64,000 nucleotides of DNA. It comes from Patescibacteria group bacterium (GTDB taxonomy: Bacteria; Patescibacteriota; Patescibacteriia; Magasanikbacterales; UBA922). The stretch covers positions 128,846-192,845 of the forward strand of contig JAHJIX010000002.1 of assembly GCA_018823045.1 (NCBI GenBank), in the 5' to 3' direction. Shown piece by piece: positions 9,801 to 18,438 of the stretch. Within the stretch, counting starts at the first letter, position 1. Every line of letters begins with the position of its first letter. Position numbers and translations under genes: made by a program. The notes beneath the pieces were generated by a model. That model saw only the letters and a list, made by a program, of their open reading frames with translations, was not told the DNA's origin and searched no databases.

Positions 9801-9980
9801 AAAAAACAAGGTGCTCACAGCAAAAACAAAAAATAAAAATATACCAAATATATATGTATATGGTTCAATCTTTTTAAATAATCTTAAAAACGTATCTTTC
9901 ACAGACAGTATTTTAATATGTATGCTCACCAAACAATGAGCCATATATAGTATATCACACTTTGCACTAAAAAAGATCAA
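3900..9980 (-). CDS. Giant (2026 aa) secreted or surface protein with LVIVD-type beta-propeller repeats, tail-fibre-like GNVGINTTSP motifs and an acidic Pro-rich C-terminal tandem tail
   Basis: Single open frame of 6.08 kb. The N-terminus has a signal-peptide-like hydrophobic segment (KKIEPYTYIFGIFLFFVFAVSTLFFSVAQ). Repeated blocks of the form G(N/K)YAY(V/I)... (V/I)(I/V)D(I/V)S(D/N)P (LVIVD-like) occur at least nine times. The motifs GN(V/I)GINT(T/S)SPQY..VDG and TL(T/N)FSH(N/R)A each recur three or more times. The alternative start is the ATG at 9944. Confidence 0.7.
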   Translation of the reverse strand: MIFFSAKCDILYMAHCLVSIHIKILSVKDTFLRLFKKIEPYTYIFGIFLFFVFAVSTLFFSVAQTVTAPPNIITYQGKLLEGGLAVTSTKQMKFVIYDDLSAGTALYTASGTVGTPLAVSITPSSGIFAIDLGDTAYNTLDPQIFAGNSDLFLEVTVGSDILSPRKRLTAAPFAMNARYLNGVGAAVTSTGEYIPISDTNGMFTFMGDPQSSAVDGGTIYINPATADANETLFGIALGGSQRFRVDEDGDVSMLGNVDITGQLAVTGATTLNTTTINDIFTVNATSTFTAPVFVSTTVASGDVFHVRNNGTSQFLIDSNGNIGINTTSPQYRLVVDGSTVINVDNKTYPLDLHYKSDSIFRVGWAGLVEAVDINVSDDVTIDDRLTVSGISSLATTTVTDFTVTGSVTGISVSDLDDGSDLALLSGTQSFTGSNTFTATTTFSSTTIFNATTTFTERVGMFGSISADSVRDSIAHGDGGALLSGPQRVQVVGNYAYVLSNGGVNPTATSTFAIIDVSDPLSLRYIGGISHGDGGADFDDAIDFVVSGHYAYIAGRVNDVMETIDISNPANPQHVSKVYHNASGPLLDKIKAVTQQGKYLYAVSASAKSVEVLDISNPGTPIHAGSFDYTQEPLLTGATDIEVRGKYAYIASAASSAMVILDVSDPTNISSVGTIENGDGGSDLVGADTIRLEGNYAYVGTGSNSLINVIDISNPQLPTFISYFSAGTIDYQVRANRIYEMSLGALPDPLIIISNLNNLNNLDEFGYVVASDFNYLASGVVVEQSAGLQRFDLVGNYMYVTGWKDNSLYVFDISGANIGSAEIGVAEIGSLKVHGDSSFDDGVYINNGLHISNNGLLVGGDIALYTATSSYVATNTLNFSHRALFESGVNSTNTESFIFNTENTLSAGNLISIRNNGTERFVIDESGNVGINTSTPAYGLSVVGTGYVSGEMILANNVYVGNSSEQITTSTFALDGDDMYVHDLLGVGDSLFVENAIHIGTSSLHLSGDVSGGLISMTGGALTLDSSGLLSINTTNNQNVVFGSGNVGINSSSPQYQFAVDGDGYFSGQTTIEDLLYVPGKTSAAEHVTAILDGGASAPYLTGVQDVKVQDNLLYSVSYTENSLEIFNISDPSYPARVGGIVSGSGSTSFATPMALEVAGNYVYIVTDAGNLQVIDISDPSIPAHKGLLDSASFGDLKGIRVRGNYAYIADSVNQKMHVVDVSDPANPILVTSLDLWESAENIEVQGKYAYILTGMGSMAIIDISDPANPAVLCSFMGESEFMGLKSISVRGIYAYVTYTGMAEGAAMAIIDISDPAGFGPNTVGNIKDSDGAAITLDGISGLFVSGDYAYVTAETDDAVVVINIASSTNPTFVDAISVSGDSANLNGPVAITGSGNHLYVASKADNDIEIIDVSGAKIANATIGSAEISRLGVMGQAQFGNGVNIRNGLHIANNGLIVGGDFSLYSNSASATATNTLTFSHNAYFKTNISSSTGPAFIFDTSNGFDTTASTTFLFSVRNNGTSKFSVAGNGDVATVGNFFAASAVMGTPGVPGDLAERVDVDPTEGAEPGDVMIIDPQDVDSYKKSNEAYAQSIAGVVSTQPTIVVGNGKTEFTADMAMVGRVPIKISNENGAVEHGDLLVTASTPGHAMKYDALKDDGTKVVGIIGMALESFDANSSSTGKIMALIKSGWVNNRHQTIAELKQEVLEIAEHDGISLDQSTQEISVAQNDSGQLIAVSQDLNMNGYGIVNVSHITSKDNVWNIDAQGRFITRIATSDGDTDLYALQSQNTEYIFSGSGQLDGGEVRIDFDQVTQDIIDATKSIKVSVTLTDKANGIYVSTKDETGFTVSELLDGTSTSTFDWVVIAERKTDGDIPVEIVDPIIDPQVDPVVEEPVDNPEDSAPVVDVPAEEDPAPVDSEELPAEEPADPISADPVVEEAVDPVVEEPVDNPEDPAPVVDVPAEEDPAPVDSEELPAEEAVDPVVEELAPAQEPAAEPEVVEPPPAPDPAPPAEEPSAPPAESPLAE
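4052..4322. repeat. Two tandem copies of a ~151-bp repeat inside the 3' end of the giant gene
   Basis: A stretch of about 118 bp is near-identical between the two copies (CTGCAGGAAGCTCTTCTGAATCTACTGGTGCCGGATCTTCCTCTGCTGGTACATCTACGACAGGAGCAG...). It encodes the duplicated acidic Pro-rich tail PVVEEPVDNPED(S/P)APVVDVPAEEDPAPVDSEELPAEE. Confidence 0.8.
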
Positions 9981-10250
9981 TCTTACTTTTTTTGAACTGT
10001 GGAAAAAATAAAAAAGTCCCCGGAATAATCAATCTTATTTTTTTCGCCATCACAGCAAAGAAAAAATGATAGATTACACATGGGGACAAGTTTGCACTCA
10101 ATAAGCACAATGTGGGAATGGGCAAAAACCACATATACTCTTAGAGTGCGTTTTGGCCTGGGTGGGGCCGTTTCATTTTTCCACAAGAAGGTCAAATGAG
10201 ATTACACTATACCTTTTTTATTTATTTTAGTCAACTATTTTTCTATATAT

Positions 10251-10276
10251 AAAAAACGAGCACTTGCTCGTTTTTT
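10251..10276. terminator. Intrinsic terminator 3' of polA (AAAAAACGAGCA-CTTG-CTCGTTTTTT)
   Basis: A perfect 8-bp stem with flanking A and T runs, immediately after the polA stop. Confidence 0.8.
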
Positions 10277-10278
10277 CA

Positions 10279-12951
10279 TTATTTCAATTCACCCCAATCT
10301 TTTCCAATATGTGCTTCTACTTTTATTGGCACATCCATATCAACAACACACTCCATTTCTTTTTCTACCAAACGTGCAATTTTTTCTGCTAACGACTCTT
10401 TCACCTCAAGCACTATTTCATCGTGCACCTGTAATAACATTTTTACTTTATCCCCAAATGGCGCAATCTTTTTGTACACAGCAATCATAGCCAACTTCAT
10501 CATATCTGCAGCCGTTCCCTGCACGGGCATATTAATTGCCATACGCTCACCAGAAGTCCTAATCTGTCTGTTTTTTGCATGTAATTCTGGCACATACCTT
10601 CGTCGCCCCAAGAGCGTTTCAACATAACCACTTTCTTTTGCTTCTTCAAGCACAGTGTCTAAATATGTCTTTACTCCAGAAAAACCAGCAAAATAGGCAT
10701 CAATAAATTCTTGAGATTGCACTACTGAAAGACCTGTACGCGCAGACAAGCCATATGCTCCCATACCGTAAAGTACACCAAAATTAATTTCTTTTGCAGA
10801 GCGACGCAATTCTGGTGTAACATCGGCGATACCTACCCCATGAATAATTGCTGCGGTTGCCGTGTGTATATCCTCATCTCGATGAAAAATTTCTAACATT
10901 TTTTTATCTTTAGACAAAGAAGCCACAACACGAAGTTCGATTTGCGAATAATCCGCTGCAATAAATACTGTTCCTGAGGCAGCAACAAATGCCTTTCTAA
11001 TTTTTTTCCCCGCTTCAGTGCGGATTGGAATATTTTGTAAATTTGGATCTGAACTTGATAAACGCCCAGTAGCGGTCACCGACTGATTAAATGTTGTGTG
11101 TATTCTGCCTGTTTTTTTATTTACCAAAGTGGGTAACACATCGATATATGTATTTTGTAATTTTGACAACTCTCTAAATGTTTCAATATATTCAATGATT
11201 TCATGCTCCCCCCTTAATTTTTCTAACTCAGCGGCAGCAGTTGAATACCCTGTTTTTCCTTTTTTTATTCCACGAGTTGGCAAAGCTAATTCTACAAATA
11301 AAATTTCACGCAACTGTACAGATGAGGCCACATTAAACTCTTTACCGGCAAGCTGATAAATGTTTTGTGTTAATTGATCAAGTTGCTTATGAATCTCAAC
11401 CGACATATCTGATAAATATGGGGCGTCAATTGAAATACCATGCAACTCCATTTGTGCAAGTACTGGAATCAAAGCCATTTCTACCTCTTGAAATAAAGAT
11501 TCTTGTTTTGTTCTTTTTAATGCTGTTTGATAATGATGATACAGCTCAAATACATATTGATATTGTTTTGCAAGTCCTTCAATATCAGCACCAAAGAGTG
11601 TTTGCTGTTTTTGTTCAACTATCTGAATATCAAGCTCTCGCAAAATAAGAGCAGGCAAATCATGAGCACGACTGTTTGCTTTTACAATATATGACGCAAT
11701 CATAATATCAAATATGTGTGTAGGTGCTTGTTGTTTTTCTTGCAAAATAACTTTCACCAATTCTTTTACATTATGCCCTACCACAGATATATTTGAGTTA
11801 GTCAGATGCGCAAAAACGCGTGCGCGATCCGCTGGTTTACAATAAGAAAAATCAAGATAATGCATCCCACTTTTTTCAAAAACAAAAATCATACCCTCAA
11901 TGTAACCACTCACAACTCCCCCATCAACAACTTCTTTACAAACAAAGACAGTCTCTTGTTCTAATAAAGATAAAAATATTTCGACATTTTCTGCACTCAC
12001 TCGTGACACTGTTTTTTCTATGTGCTCTTTGCGCACTTTCTTTTCACCCGGTAAACGCTTTATAAGAGAAAAAAACTCAAAACGCCGAAACGCTTCTTCT
12101 AGTTTTTTATAATTAATTACAGTGCTTACTGTTTTTTCAATATCAAAATTCAATGAAGGAACAAATTGATCAATCTTAGCAAGTGTATAACTCATTTCTG
12201 CGCTTTCTTTGCCATCAATAATTTTTTCTCTCATTTTTTTACTCAGCACAGAAACAAGTATTGAAGCCTCATCTTGTATTTGTCTATATATTTCTCCCAC
12301 GGTCTTTGCATGATCTAATATTATTTTTGCCGTTTTGTCTCCCACCCCAACAATACCAGGAATATTATCTGAGCTATCCCCACGTAAGGCCTTATATGTC
12401 ACCAACAATTCTGGTCCAAAACCAAGCACTTCTTTAACTTTTTTAGGATCAAATAACAAAAAATTGCTCATTCCTGTTTTTAATAGATATACATTTGTTT
12501 GTATACTCACCAACTGCAAGAGATCTTTATCTCCCGTAACAATAATACACTGAGTATCAGAATACTTTTCTTCAATTTCCTTCACAATAGTTCCAATAAC
12601 ATCATCAGCTTCGTATCCCTTTTTGCTATATATAACAACTCCAGCATCTTTCAACACTTCTTGAATAAGTGGAATTTGATTATACAAGTCGTCATCAGCT
12701 TTTTCTCGTGTGGCCTTATATTCAGTATAGACTTCATTTCGAAATGTTCCACCACCAACATCAAAACTCACCACAAAGTGTGTAGGTTCTATATCACTCA
12801 ATACTTTAAGTAATATAGAAAAAAAACCATACACAGCATTCACCATCAGCCCATCTTCAGTAGTAAATGCAGGAATAGCATGATACGCACGATGAATTAA
12901 TGCATGTCCATCAACAATAACAAATTTTTTCGAAAAAGAATGTTCTTTCAT
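10279..12951 (-). CDS. polA: DNA polymerase I
   Basis: Has the 5'-3' exonuclease N-terminus (FVIVDGHALIHRAYHA) and polymerase motifs RRSAKEINFGVLYGMGAYGLS and LLQVHDEIVLEV. The start is taken at the ATG at 12951, downstream of the PBP terminator hairpin. Confidence 0.95.
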   Translation of the reverse strand: MKEHSFSKKFVIVDGHALIHRAYHAIPAFTTEDGLMVNAVYGFFSILLKVLSDIEPTHFVVSFDVGGGTFRNEVYTEYKATREKADDDLYNQIPLIQEVLKDAGVVIYSKKGYEADDVIGTIVKEIEEKYSDTQCIIVTGDKDLLQLVSIQTNVYLLKTGMSNFLLFDPKKVKEVLGFGPELLVTYKALRGDSSDNIPGIVGVGDKTAKIILDHAKTVGEIYRQIQDEASILVSVLSKKMREKIIDGKESAEMSYTLAKIDQFVPSLNFDIEKTVSTVINYKKLEEAFRRFEFFSLIKRLPGEKKVRKEHIEKTVSRVSAENVEIFLSLLEQETVFVCKEVVDGGVVSGYIEGMIFVFEKSGMHYLDFSYCKPADRARVFAHLTNSNISVVGHNVKELVKVILQEKQQAPTHIFDIMIASYIVKANSRAHDLPALILRELDIQIVEQKQQTLFGADIEGLAKQYQYVFELYHHYQTALKRTKQESLFQEVEMALIPVLAQMELHGISIDAPYLSDMSVEIHKQLDQLTQNIYQLAGKEFNVASSVQLREILFVELALPTRGIKKGKTGYSTAAAELEKLRGEHEIIEYIETFRELSKLQNTYIDVLPTLVNKKTGRIHTTFNQSVTATGRLSSSDPNLQNIPIRTEAGKKIRKAFVAASGTVFIAADYSQIELRVVASLSKDKKMLEIFHRDEDIHTATAAIIHGVGIADVTPELRRSAKEINFGVLYGMGAYGLSARTGLSVVQSQEFIDAYFAGFSGVKTYLDTVLEEAKESGYVETLLGRRRYVPELHAKNRQIRTSGERMAINMPVQGTAADMMKLAMIAVYKKIAPFGDKVKMLLQVHDEIVLEVKESLAEKIARLVEKEMECVVDMDVPIKVEAHIGKDWGELK

Positions 12952-12978
12952 AGTAGCTCTTATTGTACACTGATATAG

Positions 12979-13011
12979 AAAAAAAACCAACCAGCGCTGG
13001 TTGGTTTTTTG
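12979..13011. terminator. Intrinsic terminator 3' of the PBP gene (AACCAACCAGC/GCTGGTTGGTT flanked by A and T runs)
   Basis: An 11-bp perfect stem between the PBP stop and the polA start. Confidence 0.8.
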
Positions 13012-13024
13012 TATTTTATTGTAT

Positions 13025-16000
13025 TTATTCAACTTCTGAATCAGACTCTTTAGCAGGATCAACTAATAATACCATACTATCTTTTACAATACTTCCATTT
13101 TTTGTTGTTAATACTCCTTCTAATCGCCAACGTCCAATTTCTAGTTCACTTACTGCAATACTAATCGCTTGAGAAATGTTTTCTGCATCATATAACTCTA
13201 TTTCTACATCATCTTTTTTTGCTGTTACAGTTACATGATTTACCTCTTCTGGTTTATAAATTGAAGCATGCACATTTATCGGCAAATGATTTATTTCAAC
13301 ACTTTGTGCATTAAAATTCCAAATAAGTGCAGATTCCTCTCCGTCTTGTGGCGCAAAAACAAATGGAATTATTTCTTCAAGCACATTACCAACATCATCT
13401 TTAATTATTACGGTTAAATTATGCTGCCCTGTAGACAAAGTACTAGCCTCATAATGTAAATTAAACGGATGCGCTGTTTCTGTTCCAACAAGTCTTTCGT
13501 CAATATAATACTTCACTTCTGCTACTCCACGTGGTGCAGTAAAACGCATGTCTGTATCAATCACAGAAGAAAAAATTGCGCTCCCTGGTGAGGGATACAC
13601 GGCTTCCACTGTCGGAATAAAGGACAGTGCATATGCATCATCCACACCAGCAGGAGGTTCCTCAAAAGAAATTTCCCAATCAGGATTTTCTTCTTTTCTC
13701 CGCTCAATCCAACTTTGAATTGCCGCTTCCCAATTTTGATATTGTGAATCTTGTTCTGGATTTTCTGGGAGATCTCCTTGTGGATCAGATTTTGTAATAT
13801 AATGTAAAATTGAATGTGCTTGTGTATATGTTCGCTCAACAATATATTTTTCAGGGGTTGAGCTCGTTGCGATATTACCGGTTACTTTGTTCACACGTAA
13901 AGTAATAGCCCCACCTTCTGATCCCATCAAAACTGGCTTTTGCGTATTTGGCATAACCATCGTATCAAATGACTGCACAGGCGTGCCTTCGAGGGCGTTT
14001 CTCATAAAATTATTCCAAATTGGGGCAGCCACCCGACTACCACCATATCCACGTGTCATTGGTGTATTGTCTGTATTCCCTACCCATACACCAGCAACTA
14101 AACTTGGCGTATACCCAACGGTCCAGGCATCAACATAATAATTGGTTGTTCCTGTTTTAACAGCCACTGGACGACCTGGTAATGTGAGAACACCTCCAGC
14201 ACCAAATAAATATGCACGAGATGCATCATCACTTAAAACATCTGAAATCATTGCTGCAGTATTTTTTTGAATCACACGCTCTTTTTTTGATTCTTTCCAC
14301 TCCTGCAAAACAGTCCCATCTGCGTCTTCTACTCGTAAAATACTAACAGGAGCCACTCGCTCTCCTCCGTTTGCAAACACACAAAATGCAGCAACATGTT
14401 CAAGCAGGGTAACTTCTCCACCACCCAACACAAGAGACAAACCAAAGTCTCCATCACTCAAGGTGGTATATCCAAGTTTTTCAGCAAACTCAATACCAAA
14501 TTTTTCTCCAATTAAATAAAGCGCTTTTACCGCAGGAATATTTAAAGATCCTTGCAGCGCTTGACGAATGGTTACTGGCCCACGCTCTTTAAAATCATAA
14601 TTTGTTGGTTCATATGAACGAGCACCTACACCAAAATTAGTCACAACATCAAATAAAATAGTCTGAGGAGTGTATCCAATTTCAAATGCAGCTGCATACA
14701 CAATCGGCTTAAAAGAAGAACCTGGCTGCCTACGCCCTTGTGTTGCCACATTAAATTGTCCTGAAATATCTTGATCAAAAAAATCTCTTGAACCAACCAA
14801 AGACATGATGTGTCCATTGTCTGGGTTCATCGCAACTAAACTCGTATTGTCAGCATTAGCATCGGCAAAACGCTTTTCACTTTCTTCAGCTACGGCAACT
14901 TCAGCTTTTTCTTGCATATTCCAATCAAGCGTAGTTATTACACGAAGTCCCCCTGCCCCCACTTGTTGTTCACCATATTCTTGGACTAATTGTTCTTTTA
15001 CATACAATACAAAATGCGGCGCATGAATATTTGAAACATTTTGCACAACATGCAATTCTTCTGCTTGTGCACTATTTTTTTCTTCTTCAGAAATATATCC
15101 TTCTGCAAACAAACGCCTCAAAACAAAATCTCGACGCTGTTTAAACAACTCAGGATTATTTAAAAAGATAGTTGGTGCCTGAGGAAGACCAGCAAGTGCG
15201 GCCCCCTCTGAAAGAGTTAAGTCTCCGACGTCTTTGCCAAAATAACTTTGGGCTGCAGATTGAATACCATAGTTTGTTGATCCATATGGAATTTCATTAA
15301 AATAAATTTGTAAAATTTGATCTTTCGTATACGCACGCTCTAATTTAATCGCTAAAATAAATTCTTTTACTTTTCTCATGACACTCCGCTCATTTGTCAA
15401 AATGGCATTTTTTACTAACTGCTGTGTGAGTGTTGACGTTCCTTTTACTTTCCAATCACGAAATGGAGCCATAACAAATGCCCGAATAATACTCAACGGT
15501 CGCACACCCCAATGTTCATAAAATACTTTGTCTTCGGTTGCTATAACCCCCTGTACCACAAAATCTGGGATTTCTTCTAGCTCAACTAAAGTTCTTTTTT
15601 CATCAGAATAAATTTCATATAATAAATGTTCTCCCGTTCTATCATAAATTTTTGTACTCTGAGCAATTTGTCGATCAGTTAATTTATTTGGATCAGGTAA
15701 ATCACGACTCCCGAAGGCAAAAATAATGGTTACCATCACAAAACCAACGACCCCTAAAATAATACTTGACCACCAAAAAAGTTTCCACAAACTTTTTCCC
15801 ATCTGTGTATATCTTTTCCACCCCCAACGGAGTAACCTCAATGGAAATAATAATACAAAAACAAGCATGACTCCAAGACTTTTAAGCAAAATTGTACTTA
15901 TCCGACGCCAAGCCGGTCTGTCTTCCGATTCACCCGCATGTTCATATCTTGGTTGTTTTTTCTCTAAAAATTGTGTATCCTTTTTTACGTACCCATACGA

Positions 16001-16048
16001 TCGCTTCTGCCGATTGTCCATAGATGGATGTTTATAGTATTTAAACAA
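13025..16048 (-). CDS. Class A penicillin-binding protein (glycosyltransferase GT51 plus transpeptidase) with a long C-terminal extension
   Basis: N-terminal TM helix. GT51 motifs ATEDKVFYEHWGV and RAYTKDQILQIYFNEIPYG are present, with transpeptidase motifs STFKP and KTGT. The extra C-terminal region is about 350 aa. Confidence 0.9.
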   Translation of the reverse strand: MFKYYKHPSMDNRQKRSYGYVKKDTQFLEKKQPRYEHAGESEDRPAWRRISTILLKSLGVMLVFVLLFPLRLLRWGWKRYTQMGKSLWKLFWWSSIILGVVGFVMVTIIFAFGSRDLPDPNKLTDRQIAQSTKIYDRTGEHLLYEIYSDEKRTLVELEEIPDFVVQGVIATEDKVFYEHWGVRPLSIIRAFVMAPFRDWKVKGTSTLTQQLVKNAILTNERSVMRKVKEFILAIKLERAYTKDQILQIYFNEIPYGSTNYGIQSAAQSYFGKDVGDLTLSEGAALAGLPQAPTIFLNNPELFKQRRDFVLRRLFAEGYISEEEKNSAQAEELHVVQNVSNIHAPHFVLYVKEQLVQEYGEQQVGAGGLRVITTLDWNMQEKAEVAVAEESEKRFADANADNTSLVAMNPDNGHIMSLVGSRDFFDQDISGQFNVATQGRRQPGSSFKPIVYAAAFEIGYTPQTILFDVVTNFGVGARSYEPTNYDFKERGPVTIRQALQGSLNIPAVKALYLIGEKFGIEFAEKLGYTTLSDGDFGLSLVLGGGEVTLLEHVAAFCVFANGGERVAPVSILRVEDADGTVLQEWKESKKERVIQKNTAAMISDVLSDDASRAYLFGAGGVLTLPGRPVAVKTGTTNYYVDAWTVGYTPSLVAGVWVGNTDNTPMTRGYGGSRVAAPIWNNFMRNALEGTPVQSFDTMVMPNTQKPVLMGSEGGAITLRVNKVTGNIATSSTPEKYIVERTYTQAHSILHYITKSDPQGDLPENPEQDSQYQNWEAAIQSWIERRKEENPDWEISFEEPPAGVDDAYALSFIPTVEAVYPSPGSAIFSSVIDTDMRFTAPRGVAEVKYYIDERLVGTETAHPFNLHYEASTLSTGQHNLTVIIKDDVGNVLEEIIPFVFAPQDGEESALIWNFNAQSVEINHLPINVHASIYKPEEVNHVTVTAKKDDVEIELYDAENISQAISIAVSELEIGRWRLEGVLTTKNGSIVKDSMVLLVDPAKESDSEVE

Positions 16049-16064
16049 AGTTCCCCCTCAGTAT

Positions 16065-16751
16065 TTGAAGGAGTCTCACTATAGAGAATATCCTATAATT
16101 AACAAAATTTCAAGCTTCTATATTTTTTCCCATATGTATATCCCCTACACTTCGACACTCATTCGCCAACAGACACTTCATCATGCAGGACTTAGTGCAT
16201 TTATTATCATAACCCTTCTAGGGTCCCTTGGTCGTCCACAAATAACACAAACCGTAGAAATTTCTTATCAAGAGGTATTCCAAAAACAGCAATTTCCAAT
16301 AGCTGAAATTATGAATGCCTCAACCAGTCACACATTTTTTGCAACCGCCTATTCAAGTGACTTTTTTCAAACTGATGCAACACCATTTATTCCTGCAAAT
16401 GGGATTGACTACCGCAATATGATGAAAAAACAAGGGTACGTAGCAGCAATTGCAACAAATGATTTACCTCTTGGCACCCAAATTGCAATTCCAGTACAAG
16501 AATTACCCGATTTATTCACACAATCAACTCAAATTCCATCTGAACGTATTATTCTTGATGATAAAAAAACAGAGGTAATCCTTTTTACCGTTACAGATAG
16601 AATGAACGCAAAATTTACAGGAAAATCGCGTATAGATATTTATGTCGCTATTTCTCTAGAAGACGGAACCATTGACCAAAGAAGTTCTCGTAGTGTGGCG
16701 CGATTATTCGGAAGTAAGCGTCTAACAGCAGCGATAGTACAATTTAATTAA
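16065..16751 (+). CDS. 3D-domain (MltA-like, lytic transglycosylase-related) secreted protein
   Basis: Contains FFATAYS...GYVAAIATNDLPLGTQIAIP...FTVTDRMNAKFTGKSRIDIYV, matching the conserved TAY...VAVD...LPLGT...DTGGAI...IDI pattern of 3D domains. The true start is uncertain. Confidence 0.55.
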   Translation: MKESHYREYPIINKISSFYIFSHMYIPYTSTLIRQQTLHHAGLSAFIIITLLGSLGRPQITQTVEISYQEVFQKQQFPIAEIMNASTSHTFFATAYSSDFFQTDATPFIPANGIDYRNMMKKQGYVAAIATNDLPLGTQIAIPVQELPDLFTQSTQIPSERIILDDKKTEVILFTVTDRMNAKFTGKSRIDIYVAISLEDGTIDQRSSRSVARLFGSKRLTAAIVQFN

Positions 16752-16870
16752 ATCCACCAAAACAATATACTAAAACATTCTATGTAATACAAAATGTTTT
16801 ATTTCATAAAAACAAAAAAGTTTTACTCTTGAAAAATTTTTGATTTTAAGATATAATTGCACACGGTAAT

Positions 16871-16945
<75 letters not shown>

Positions 16946-16948
16946 CAT

Positions 16949-16982
16949 AAACACAGGATTATCTATCCTGTGTTTATTTTCG
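16949..16982. terminator. Intrinsic terminator hairpin (AAACACAGGAT/ATCCTGTGTTT followed by ATTTT)
   Basis: Perfect 11-bp inverted repeat immediately 3' of tRNA-Cys. It overlaps the dnaN stop and could act bidirectionally. Confidence 0.7.
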
Positions 16983-18101
16983 CACAGGCATGACAATATA
17001 GAGATATGTCTTACTGTTTTTTGGTCGAATAATACAAGGAGTGTCAGCGCTGTTCATTTCAAACGTCAATTCTTCATCGTCCATATGCTGAATCCCTTCT
17101 AGCACATAACGAAAATTTAACAGTATTGAATTAGTATCCCCACTAGCGACAACATCAATCCGAGATTCGTGTTCTCCTGTCTGACTTCCCATAGAAGAAA
17201 TAGCAAGTGTATTTGGTACAGTATCAACAGACACAGATATGGCATTTACCCCACCAGTTACAAATAAACTCGCACGTTTAATACTACTGCTGAACATATC
17301 AGCGGAAACAATGGCTTTTGTATTAAAGGTCTGTGGAATAATTTGTGTATAATCAGGATAAACTCCATCAATCATACGAGATATTAGCTCATACTGACCA
17401 TAACGAACAACTAATTGCCCCTCACTCACCCATAAACGAACAGCACTTTCTTTTTCCCCCTTAGATAGAGAATATCCAATTAAACGAACAATTTCAAATG
17501 CTGTTTTTGCTGGCATAATAGCTTCAATACTCTCCCCTTCTTTTTCTACGAGTAAAAAATACTCAGCTAAACGATACGAATCAGTCGTAGCAAAGTATAC
17601 ACCCATTTTTTCTCGTACAAAAAATCCACAATAAACCCCTGATAATTCTGGTCTAATCTCATTTTTTGCTGCGGCAAATACAACTTTAGATAGAGCATTT
17701 TTAAGTTCTTCAGCAGGAATAACATATCCCGTATGCTCAATGACTTCAGGAATTACAGGAAATTCATCCGCAGGTATTCCTTTAATTTTTGTACTAGAGT
17801 GTCCACTAGTAATTTGTAATTCATTTCCTGTTTGAGTAATTTCAATTTGATCATCCGGCAATAAATTTACATAATCTGTCATCATTTTTCCTGGGATAGT
17901 AAAAGTTCCTGCTTGCTCTACTTTTGCGCGTAAATGTGTTTTAACAGACATTTCTAAATTTGTAGTAATTAATGTTACTCCAGACTCTGTTGCTTCAACT
18001 AATATATGACTTAGAATAGGAAGATGGCCTGGTTTACTTGTAATGCCTGCAACCATTTGAAGTGCCTGTATAAGATTTTCTTTCGTACAAATAAATTTCA
18101 T
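16974..18101 (-). CDS. dnaN: DNA polymerase III beta subunit (sliding clamp)
   Basis: N-terminus MKFICTKENLIQALQMVAGITSKPGHLPILSHILVEA is typical of DnaN. Length is about 375 aa. Confidence 0.9.
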   Translation of the reverse strand: MKFICTKENLIQALQMVAGITSKPGHLPILSHILVEATESGVTLITTNLEMSVKTHLRAKVEQAGTFTIPGKMMTDYVNLLPDDQIEITQTGNELQITSGHSSTKIKGIPADEFPVIPEVIEHTGYVIPAEELKNALSKVVFAAAKNEIRPELSGVYCGFFVREKMGVYFATTDSYRLAEYFLLVEKEGESIEAIMPAKTAFEIVRLIGYSLSKGEKESAVRLWVSEGQLVVRYGQYELISRMIDGVYPDYTQIIPQTFNTKAIVSADMFSSSIKRASLFVTGGVNAISVSVDTVPNTLAISSMGSQTGEHESRIDVVASGDTNSILLNFRYVLEGIQHMDDEELTFEMNSADTPCIIRPKNSKTYLYIVMPVRK

Positions 18102-18305
18102 ATGCACAGTTCCATTTAAAAGAAGTGTTTAATATATATATAAGTATAATAGTAATAGTAATAAGAGTTGTTGATAGCGGGGATAAGTACCTAAATTTGC
18201 TGAGTGAACCTGTTTTTTTACTATTATTTTTGTGAACAACTGTTGTACAATGAAGTGTGTAAGGTGGTGACTCTTTATGCACAGTTTTGGGAGGTGTGAA
18301 AATTT

Positions 18306-18314
18306 TGTGGATAA
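18306..18314 (-). promoter_or_regulatory. DnaA box (perfect TTATCCACA on the minus strand)
   Basis: The plus strand reads TGTGGATAA. It lies in the AT-rich dnaN-dnaA intergenic region. Confidence 0.6.
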
Positions 18315-18320
18315 GTATTG

Positions 18321-18361
18321 TTTTGTCCGGAACTTATATTCTGTTTTGTCCCCGAACTTAT
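18321..18361. repeat. Two direct repeats TTTTGTCC(G/CC)GAACTTAT, 23 bp apart
   Basis: Copies at 18321-18337 and 18344-18361 are identical apart from a G to CC change. They lie in the dnaN-dnaA intergenic region beside the DnaA box. Confidence 0.5.
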
Positions 18362-18438
18362 GCACGTGAATAAAATTGGGTATATCTTTTGCACAACGTG
18401 TGTGCGCTTTCTTTTTTGAGTAGTATATTCTTTACAAA

